NCBI RefSeq assembly: GCF_000009705.1
Contig: NC_003240.1
Coordinates: 154,615 to 186,614 of the forward strand
Direction of reading: 5' to 3'
Origin: Nostoc sp. PCC 7120 = FACHB-418
GTDB lineage: Bacteria > Cyanobacteriota > Cyanobacteriia > Cyanobacteriales > Nostocaceae
DNA length: 32,000 nucleotides
Made by a program: the position numbers and the translations under genes. Positions 1 to 7,637 of this stretch are shown one piece after another (the stretch's first letter is position 1; the number at the start of each line of letters is the position of its first letter). The notes under the pieces were generated by a model. That model saw only the letters and a program-made list of their open reading frames with translations. It was not told the DNA's origin and ran no database searches.

Positions 1-28
1 ACCTATAAACGCCGCCGTCGCTGAACAC

Positions 29-1051
29 ATGAAAAAAGACATTGCGATGGCCCAAATAGCTACCCAGTTTATCGGTAAATCAGCTGCACCCCTCGGTACA
101 CCTTCAAGCACACGAAATTACGAGCAAGCATGGGGAGAGCGCGCCAACACAGGAAATTACTCAAAAGAAGACATCATTATGGTGTCCGGATCTGGCCCGT
201 GGCGCGGAGTAACAAGCGAGGAAATTGCCCAAACATTTGAAAATCACTATAAACCCTTACTTAATAAGGCAATAGCAGCGAAAAGCTCTTTTATAGTTGG
301 AAACGCACAAGGAACTGACCAATTAGTTCACAATTATCTTCAAGAAAAAGGGTACAGAGTAGAACAAACTTCCCAAGGATACGCAGTATTTAATCCTGTA
401 GAAAACACCAAAGTTAGTAGCGATATTATTTCTACTAATACACAAGTATCAGATAACTCATTAATTTCTAAAAACAAGAGCATTTTTTCATCACAACAAA
501 GCCAAGAACCAAATATTGACCAAGCACTCGCATCATCTGCTCAACCCAATATGCAGCACGTTGGAGCAATGGATAGCATTATCGAGCGGATGAAAGCTAA
601 TACAGTGCAAAATCTCCAAGACTGGTATATGGCAGCTGAAAAACTCGGTAAATCAGACACATATCTCAATAGAATTCAAGAGATAACTAATTTATACATT
701 CAAGAAAATATTAGTCTTGAGAATGCTTTTAAGGCAATGGAACAAGACATTAAAGAATTAGAAAAAGTTAATGAGATGACCAGTTTTGCTCAACGTGTAG
801 TTAAGACAATTGGACAAGAGGATATTAATGGCATTATGTCAGTCCAAACAGAAAAATATCAGATTGCTACTCAAACTCAAACCCAAACTTATTTAGTTAA
901 AGATAAAAAGGATAATATCTTGTTATATGTCAAACAAGGAAAAACTCAAGTAAGTAACATTAGTGATGAAACATTACAAGATTTTCAATTTATGAGCGAT
1001 CGCATCAATAATGCACTCAAAGATGTCAAAAAAGATTTAGTAGAAAGGTAA
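29..1051 (+). CDS. hypothetical protein; N-terminal Rossmann-like (possibly SLOG/DUF2493-type) domain, Q/S/T-rich C-terminal half
   Basis: 340-aa ATG-initiated ORF. Motifs DIIMVSGSGPWRG and FIVGNAQGTDQLVHNYLQEKGY recall the G-x-A-x-G-x-D signature of SLOG-fold proteins (recognised by eye only). Confidence 0.6.
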   Translation: MKKDIAMAQIATQFIGKSAAPLGTPSSTRNYEQAWGERANTGNYSKEDIIMVSGSGPWRGVTSEEIAQTFENHYKPLLNKAIAAKSSFIVGNAQGTDQLVHNYLQEKGYRVEQTSQGYAVFNPVENTKVSSDIISTNTQVSDNSLISKNKSIFSSQQSQEPNIDQALASSAQPNMQHVGAMDSIIERMKANTVQNLQDWYMAAEKLGKSDTYLNRIQEITNLYIQENISLENAFKAMEQDIKELEKVNEMTSFAQRVVKTIGQEDINGIMSVQTEKYQIATQTQTQTYLVKDKKDNILLYVKQGKTQVSNISDETLQDFQFMSDRINNALKDVKKDLVER

Positions 1052-1058
1052 TTTTACT

Positions 1059-1829
1059 ATGAAAGAACTAGTTGAGTTTCCAGTAGAAGGTTTAACTCCA
1101 GCAATGCAAGCTTGTCTCCTCAGAGAATTAATCGCACAGCTTAATATACCTGATGAGAAATTTGAAGAATATGCAAAAAATCCTCCAACTGCTGAGGAAC
1201 GACAAGAGGCTGTGTTAAAGTTAAATTCAGAAATGAATAGAATCAGTGAAATAGCACAAGAAGAAGTAAAGTTAAGTTCCACAGAAATTGAACCTATCAA
1301 TTTTGTTAATCCAGTTAGTCCAGAGTCATCTTTACAACCCGAAGTAAGCCAGTTTAAAGACAATACAATTGAGCCAGATGTTCTAAAAAATTTTACAGAT
1401 AAAAATGACGACAATAATGGCAACCTAGTAGAAGAATGTCAACACGATAAAGTGCAATCTATTATCGCTAATTTACAAATTCAACAATTTGTTATTCCTG
1501 TAATCTTAGACCGCTTAAATATATTTGGAAAACCAGACAAAGAGACAGAAAGTATCATTTATCAAAGTGAGGCATATACTGCAAGTCTAAAATTAGAAGA
1601 AGATTCACAAACTCTTAGCCTTGATAGAAATTCGCCTGATTCAGAAGCAAGCCAAGAAGCACTCCTAGCATCTCGTAATCAGAGCTCAGAGAATTACTCT
1701 ATCATCATCAATAACCTTACCCATAATGAATTTGAACGTTTTAAGGCTCTGTTCGATGAGCAACAAGCACGCTGCGAACAGAACCAACAAGAATTCAAAA
1801 GCCAGGATGCTGTTAAAGAGATAGATTAA
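1059..1829 (+). CDS. hypothetical acidic protein
   Basis: 256-aa ORF with a 7-nt gap after the preceding gene (operon-like). E/D/Q-rich, no recognisable motif. Confidence 0.55.
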   Translation: MKELVEFPVEGLTPAMQACLLRELIAQLNIPDEKFEEYAKNPPTAEERQEAVLKLNSEMNRISEIAQEEVKLSSTEIEPINFVNPVSPESSLQPEVSQFKDNTIEPDVLKNFTDKNDDNNGNLVEECQHDKVQSIIANLQIQQFVIPVILDRLNIFGKPDKETESIIYQSEAYTASLKLEEDSQTLSLDRNSPDSEASQEALLASRNQSSENYSIIINNLTHNEFERFKALFDEQQARCEQNQQEFKSQDAVKEID

Positions 1830-2075
1830 TTAAATCAACCCAAAGCACACACCATACGAAAAAGCTATAAACCCCAAAATTAGCTTGTTATTAAAGCTCA
1901 AGGGAGTTTTGGGGCAAATAACAACCGCAGCAGAAAAATAGTAAAAAGACGCAGTAAAGTCAAACAAACTCGTCGGGTTAATAGGTAATCTACCTAACCC
2001 GACCAAACATAGCATTACTATTAAAGACCAAACAACAATATTTTCTATCCATCCTAAAATTTTATTGACATTCAT
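1830..2075 (-). CDS. small hydrophobic protein (2-3 TM segments)
   Basis: 81-aa ORF with hydrophobic stretches IVVWSLIVMLCLVGLG, FYYFSAAVVICP and LILGFIAFSYGVCFGLI. No homolog recognised. Confidence 0.4.
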   Translation of the reverse strand: MNVNKILGWIENIVVWSLIVMLCLVGLGRLPINPTSLFDFTASFYYFSAAVVICPKTPLSFNNKLILGFIAFSYGVCFGLI

Positions 2076-2331
2076 AAAAAATCGTTTATTACTCCCTAAA
2101 TTTGATAAATACTATTAAAACTAAAACCGTTCAATAAAATTGCCTAGTAAATAGATTGCTTAATGAAAACTACATAAACCATCCAATCACTTTGTAAATT
2201 TTTTAAATTTAAAAATAAAGTTTTTAAATAAGCTGATTAATTTATAGTAACTGTAAAGATTAAGAAACAGTAAAAAGTAAGTGGTATAAGTATTATTATC
2301 AGGGACAATACTAAACCAAACAGTATGTAAT

Positions 2332-3120
2332 ATGAAACCTATTAATGTTGTCATCATTGAAAATGAGAACATATCTAGGGTTGGCGCGGCAGCAATATTA
2401 TCTGAAACTGGTAAAATCCAGGTATGTGGCCTTGCTAAAACCGGAAAGGAAGGAATAGAAACTGTTGACCAACAAAAGCCAGATATCGTGGTGATAAATA
2501 TTGATTTACCTGATATCAATGGCACTGATGTCATAAGTTTAATTAAATGCAAACACACGTCAATTAAAATAGTGGTTATGACTGCAAATAGCAGCAGAGA
2601 TACCATTAACGCAGCAATTAGTAATGGCGCAGACTGCTACTACTGTAAAAATAATGCCAGAGAAGAAGTAGGAGAAAGATTCATTGAAGCAGTAATGGCT
2701 GCATACAATAATGAATCATGGATTGACCCAACTATTAATCGCATTTTGATTGATAATCTTAGGTCAAATGACACAGCCGATAGAGATTCACTAGATTTGT
2801 TAAGTGATTTCTCTAATAAAGAAATTACAGTTCTCAAATTAGCGGCTGGTGGCATGAAAAATAATGAAATTGCTAATGTCATGTATGTTTCCGAAGGTAC
2901 AGTCAGGTCATATTTACATAATTCATTTATCAAGTTAGGAGTCAAAGATAGATTAAACGCTATCCGGGAAGCTATCCGTCTGGGAATCCTCAGCTTTGCA
3001 GACATGAAAATCGAAGAAGAAGTTACTCAAGAAAGCCATACAAGAGTCAAAACCAACCAAAATAGTCAAAAGGATACAGCTAAAACGAGTAATAAGGGAT
3101 ACAAAGGCTGGGTTGCCTAG
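2332..3120 (+). CDS. NarL/FixJ(LuxR)-family response regulator with atypical receiver domain
   Basis: N-terminal REC-like domain (VVIIENEN, VVINIDLPDING, VVMTA, YYCKN). C-terminal LuxR-type HTH (EITVLKLAAGGMKNNEIANVMYVSEGTVRSYLHNSFIKLGVKDRLNAI). Confidence 0.9.
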   Translation: MKPINVVIIENENISRVGAAAILSETGKIQVCGLAKTGKEGIETVDQQKPDIVVINIDLPDINGTDVISLIKCKHTSIKIVVMTANSSRDTINAAISNGADCYYCKNNAREEVGERFIEAVMAAYNNESWIDPTINRILIDNLRSNDTADRDSLDLLSDFSNKEITVLKLAAGGMKNNEIANVMYVSEGTVRSYLHNSFIKLGVKDRLNAIREAIRLGILSFADMKIEEEVTQESHTRVKTNQNSQKDTAKTSNKGYKGWVA

Positions 3121-3124
3121 AGAG

Positions 3125-3745
3125 TTAATCAACTGCAATTATGCAGCCACCTGAATACTTCTTCTGCTGACGGCAAGTTTTAATGATGGCAGCGTTTCTA
3201 ACATAAATACTACGTGCTACCTTACCTTCATTAGATTTGGCCCAATCCAGAAGCTTTTTATCTTCGGGTTGTAAAATAGCATTTCCAGAAGCCGCCTGCT
3301 GAAAAGTTACACTTCCAGCAATAGTTTTGTATGTAAAAACACCAATTGTAGCTCCCAAAGCCAGTACAAAACCCAACACTCCCGCTACTTGTGCCAATCG
3401 CCAATTACTTACACCCAAGAGAGGCAATGCCCCACCAGCTTGCTTAGTCATCTTAATTAAATCCTTAGCGGCTTGGGCGATCGCATTTTTTTGTTGCTGT
3501 ATTGCCACCTTAGAAGCACTATTTAACTTATCGTCCACCATGTCAGCCCAACCCACCACAAGCGAGTCAAGCCTACCAGGTAGTTGCTGCAACGCAAATT
3601 GGGTTGTACCTAGTTCCGCGTATAGGTTAAACAAGGGATCGTCAGGTCGAACACCCAATTTAAGTATCCAATCAGTGACCTCTGCTTTCTTTTCTTCAGA
3701 ATATTCTGCAATAACTTTTTCAACAACTTTTGCAATATTGGTCAT
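3125..3745 (-). CDS. hypothetical membrane protein
   Basis: 206-aa ORF with a central TM segment (VAGVLGFVLALGATIGVFTY). Lies at the end of the same-strand run with the two ParA-like genes. Confidence 0.65.
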   Translation of the reverse strand: MTNIAKVVEKVIAEYSEEKKAEVTDWILKLGVRPDDPLFNLYAELGTTQFALQQLPGRLDSLVVGWADMVDDKLNSASKVAIQQQKNAIAQAAKDLIKMTKQAGGALPLLGVSNWRLAQVAGVLGFVLALGATIGVFTYKTIAGSVTFQQAASGNAILQPEDKKLLDWAKSNEGKVARSIYVRNAAIIKTCRQQKKYSGGCIIAVD

Positions 3746-3800
3746 AGGTTATTTAAGCAGTTAATTTAAAACCTCACTGTCAATTTGGTAAAGCTCATAC

Positions 3801-4616
3801 TTACCATTCTTCAGATGCAATATCTTCATTTACATCAAAATTGGAATTATTTTGTTTATGTGTGCCTATAGAAGCTAGTTCTGTACAGTTCTTACTCAAT
3901 CCTAAATAATTAGTAGCTATCTCATTAGTCACAATGGAGTTATGAAAATTCTCCATCCAGTTAAATACTATCGAACGCTGAATAGTATTAAGAGGGGAGT
4001 CAGTTTCAATAAGTTGAGCATAGGGTAAACCAGTATCCTCAAGCAACTGATATAAGTCATTATATAAACCACCTAAAACTAATTCCGAACCGTTTAATTT
4101 TTTAATATCAGCTTGAAATTGACTACCTTCATAGTATCGAAATTGCTTGCCAAAGTAATAGTTTTTGATAACAACATAGTCAACTTGACTACTAAAATGG
4201 TTGTATAAATCCTGAAGATAATCTTCAACACAGTCTTTACGATGTGATATCGGGTGCAAGAAAGTAACACGATATCCGAGATGGTTAAGATTTTCTATCA
4301 GTGAAACATCTTTATCAAAAAACTTGAACTCTTGATGGTTTTGACCTGGCATATCCGTCAAAACTACATCAATATTTGGAAACATTTCTAAGTCCAGTAA
4401 TAATCTATCCGAATCGCCCCTAGACAATCCCAAATGGTTTATTTCAAAACCTTTTGATTTATACATCGATAGCTTGTTACGATAACCGTGGTAGAAAACA
4501 CGCGCATTGCATTTACTTTTCAAGTACAATTCCAGTAAGAGCCTAGAAACTGTGGACTTACCCACACGAGCATCACCCGATGTAATTACAAAACGCTTTC
4601 CAAACATAAAAGCCAA
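3801..4616 (-). CDS. ParA/MinD-like P-loop protein, divergent paralog (Walker A SGDARVGKST)
   Basis: Shares P-loop, LTDMPGQ and VDYVVIKNYYFG blocks with the upstream paralog. The listed start is TTG at 4616; an ATG lies at 4607. Confidence 0.75.
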   Translation of the reverse strand: MAFMFGKRFVITSGDARVGKSTVSRLLLELYLKSKCNARVFYHGYRNKLSMYKSKGFEINHLGLSRGDSDRLLLDLEMFPNIDVVLTDMPGQNHQEFKFFDKDVSLIENLNHLGYRVTFLHPISHRKDCVEDYLQDLYNHFSSQVDYVVIKNYYFGKQFRYYEGSQFQADIKKLNGSELVLGGLYNDLYQLLEDTGLPYAQLIETDSPLNTIQRSIVFNWMENFHNSIVTNEIATNYLGLSKNCTELASIGTHKQNNSNFDVNEDIASEEW

Positions 4617-4629
4617 GCAACCTATTCAA

Positions 4630-5538
4630 TTAAGCAGCTATATCTTCAGATGGTAAATTTGCATCTTGGTTTTTAGCTTTTTCTTTTTCTTCGTTTTCTC
4701 TAAGCTCTTTAGACTTTTCCACAACTGCTGGGTAGTAACAGTCATCTGGTTGTATATCAAAACCCAATAAATTAAATGCTGGCTTAATTTGCGTTTCAAA
4801 CTCACCAAGCCAAGATTTAATTCTTGACTTAATTACAATATTTGTTTCTTTATGAGTCTGACCTTCATTAAAGGTTAAAGCATGACGGTCAAGAAAGTCA
4901 TAAGATTTGTAGAATAAATCTGGCATTACAAGTTCTATCAGACCTTCTGCAAGCATATTCTGACGTAGAGAAGAGTCATTATATCGCTCAAACTTTTCTT
5001 CTTCACCATGAAATAGATTTTTGACTACAATATAATCTACTTGGTCTTTACAAAGTTCACGAAGTTTTTCTAAAACATTTATAGAGTCAAGAACTCTACT
5101 AATCACTGAAACCATTGTCACTCGACAATTAATTTCAGTTTTCAGAACTTCAAAAAATGCAAGCTCTTTGACATAACTTTCAAAGAAACCTCCAGATTGT
5201 GCAGGTAAGTCTAATAATGTGATAGGACAATCACTCTCATCTAGATTAATTAATAAATCATCAGCACCACCTCTATGAAAAATATCAATATAACGTATTA
5301 TAGGGCGGTAATCTTTTTGAAAATATCTTTCTATCTGAGGATTTCTCAAGTCAGCTTCATAAGCAACACAGGGTAAATTTTTATTAATGTAAAGTTGAAA
5401 TATTGCTCGTGCAAAGGTACTTTTACCCACGCCACCTTTATCACCTGTTATAATTATCAGTCGCTTTTGAGGCTTATCATTAGTATTGGAGGAAGTACTG
5501 TTTGACATGGCTGGTTGTTCTTTATTTTTTCTGGACAT
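4630..5538 (-). CDS. ParA/MinD-family ATPase (deviant Walker A GDKGGVGKST)
   Basis: Motifs KGGVGKST, LLDLPAQ and VDYIVVKNLFHG are typical of the ParA/MinD/CobQ-type fold. Confidence 0.85.
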   Translation of the reverse strand: MSRKNKEQPAMSNSTSSNTNDKPQKRLIIITGDKGGVGKSTFARAIFQLYINKNLPCVAYEADLRNPQIERYFQKDYRPIIRYIDIFHRGGADDLLINLDESDCPITLLDLPAQSGGFFESYVKELAFFEVLKTEINCRVTMVSVISRVLDSINVLEKLRELCKDQVDYIVVKNLFHGEEEKFERYNDSSLRQNMLAEGLIELVMPDLFYKSYDFLDRHALTFNEGQTHKETNIVIKSRIKSWLGEFETQIKPAFNLLGFDIQPDDCYYPAVVEKSKELRENEEKEKAKNQDANLPSEDIAA

Positions 5539-5846
5539 AATATTATTTACAAAGTAACTAAACTTTGTTGTGTTAGGTTAATGTCAATCTAAATTTTTAA
5601 GTTGTAAACAAAAATCAATAAGTTAATGAAATAAAAAAATCAGCAACTATATTGCTCAATAAAATTTTCCTAATTTATTTTGAATAAACTACTTTGAGTA
5701 TGCAACCTCTCGCTCAAAAAGCCAAGCAACAAAATTCCACATTAAAACAACATTTGTTGATATGTAAATTAGTCATAAATTTTATGTCGTTTAAAGTAAC
5801 TTGACTTTCAAAAAGGGCATTATGATATTTTGATCGGAAATAATCT

Positions 5847-6806
5847 ATGAGTGAAGTACGAGCTGATTATGATGGTGCTTGGAAGGAAGGTGTAGAACAA
5901 TATTTTGAAGCGTTTCTTGCATTTTTCTTTCCAGAGATTCAAGCAGAAATTGATTGGGAACGAGGCTATGATTTTCTCGATCAAGAATTGCAACAATTGA
6001 TAAGAGAATCTGAAATTGGTAAACAATTTGTCGATAAACTAATCAAAGTTTGGCTAAAAGATGGAAAGGAAACTTGGTTGCTGATTCACCTGGAAATCCA
6101 AAGTCAAGTAGATACGAACTTCCCTAAACGGATGTTTTCTTACCACTACAGAATCTTTGACCGTTATAACCAAGAAGTTGTTAGCTTGGCAATTCTGGGG
6201 GATAATCAAGCAAACTGGCGACCGCAAGAATATAGTTATGGTCGTTGGGGATGTCACTTGAGTCTTCAGTTTCCCATTGTAAAACTACTGGACTATGAAT
6301 CTCGTTGGTCAGAATTAGAACAAAGTGATAGTCCTTTTGCTGTACTGGTGATGGCGCACCTGCGGACACAAGCGACAACTCAAGATTTAGCAGGCCGATT
6401 GCAGTGGAAGTTGAGCTTAATTAAACGAATGTATGAGTTAGGCTATAGTAGAGACAAAATCCAGCAAATCTTCCGGTTGCTAGATAGATTAATGACTCTA
6501 CCGCCAGAGTTAGACTTAAATTTCAAAGCAGAATTAGAGCGTTTTGAGGCTGAACAAGAAATGACATACATGACAAGTATAGAACGCATAGGTATAGCAG
6601 AAGCTACCCAGAAATATATTGCTCAAATCCTAACAATTCGATTTAAAGATATTCCTACTGAATTAGTAGAAAAATTAAATAAATTATATGACATTGAGTT
6701 ATTGAATCAATTGTTAGAAAAAGCAGTAACTACAGGTTCAATATCTGAGTTTGAGCAACAATTAAGTCAGGAAGATACAAACACAGATAATAAAACCAGC
6801 AGATAA
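5847..6806 (+). CDS. Rpn-family PD-(D/E)XK recombination-promoting nuclease/putative transposase with C-terminal DUF4351 module
   Basis: N-terminal YDGAWKEGVEQYFEAFLAFFFPE and VDKLIKV...LLIHLEIQSQVD...PKRMFSYHYRI match the cyanobacterial Rpn/PDDEXK pattern. C-terminal MTYMTSIERIG...ISEFEQQL is DUF4351-like. Confidence 0.85.
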   Translation: MSEVRADYDGAWKEGVEQYFEAFLAFFFPEIQAEIDWERGYDFLDQELQQLIRESEIGKQFVDKLIKVWLKDGKETWLLIHLEIQSQVDTNFPKRMFSYHYRIFDRYNQEVVSLAILGDNQANWRPQEYSYGRWGCHLSLQFPIVKLLDYESRWSELEQSDSPFAVLVMAHLRTQATTQDLAGRLQWKLSLIKRMYELGYSRDKIQQIFRLLDRLMTLPPELDLNFKAELERFEAEQEMTYMTSIERIGIAEATQKYIAQILTIRFKDIPTELVEKLNKLYDIELLNQLLEKAVTTGSISEFEQQLSQEDTNTDNKTSR

Positions 6807-6852
6807 AACGCTTCTCTAGTCGGAGTAAAGGCAAAGTCATTTAATTACTCCA

Positions 6853-7165
6853 GTTGCTAGATAGATTAATGACTCTACCGCCGGAGTTAGACTTAAATTT
6901 TAAAGCCGAATTAGAGCGTTTTTAGGCTGAACAAGAAATGACATACATGACTAGCATAGAACGCATAGGCAGAGCGCAGGCTATCCAGGAGTCGATCGCT
7001 GAAGTTCTAGAAGCTAGATTTAATCAAGTTACCCTTGAATTGATTGAGCAAGTAAATAAAATTTATGAGCTTGATAAACTCAAGCAGTTGTTGAGACGGG
7101 CTAGTATTACAGAGTCAATTTCTGAGTTTGGGCAACAATTAAGTCAAGAAAATACAGATACATAG
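6853..7165 (+). pseudogene. 5'-truncated second copy of the Rpn/DUF4351 gene 3' end, with a nonsense codon; may still express a 75-aa stand-alone DUF4351 peptide (6938..7165)
   Basis: 6853-6973 is near-identical to 6475-6595. GAG (6546-6548) corresponds to TAG (6924-6926). Downstream sequence is homologous but diverged, through to QQLSQE. Confidence 0.75.
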
Positions 7166-7233
7166 TTTTAAAGTTGCACGGAACGCTGGCCGTATAGTCA
7201 TAAATTCTAACTACCAGCTAACTTTGTTTGCTT

Positions 7234-7551
7234 TCAAATACAAATTAATTCTCCAATCAAATCCGCTGCTCGTTCTCCATATTTTTGTTGAATAGCGTCC
7301 CTGTGCGGCAAGCAATCTTCACTTAAAAAGTCGCGGATAAATAGAGAAAAATTAAATCCTCTTTTCGAGTCCACATATTCTGCTAATTCAATATTAAACA
7401 ACGATTTAAATTCATCCTCTCTTTGTTTGAGTGCTGAATATTTAGTTAAATTGTTGGCTTGGAAGATTGGTTCAACTGCTTGATTAAACAGTTTTTCCAT
7501 TAAGATATCTTTCATATTTTCTTCTATATTTTTGTACCAAATTTTACTCAC
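7234..7551 (-). CDS. hypothetical protein
   Basis: 105-aa ORF directly downstream of the rep gene on the same strand. No motif recognised. Confidence 0.5.
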   Translation of the reverse strand: MSKIWYKNIEENMKDILMEKLFNQAVEPIFQANNLTKYSALKQREDEFKSLFNIELAEYVDSKRGFNFSLFIRDFLSEDCLPHRDAIQQKYGERAADLIGELICI

Positions 7552-7637
7552 AAGTATAATAACTTCTGTAAAGCTGAATCACCTCTTTTTGTGCAGTTAA
7601 AATCCAAAATAACGAACATCTTACCGCCTGATGTCCC

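Noticed and set aside
4608-5730. An identical 14-mer, aaaagccaagcaac, occurs at 4608-4621 (overlapping the start of the distal ParA-like gene) and at 5717-5730 (upstream of the proximal one). It was considered as a centromere or operator repeat.
   Set aside because: A single exact 14-mer pair is within chance expectation for all pairwise comparisons in 32 kb of AT-biased DNA on both strands. No further copies or arrayed arrangement were seen.
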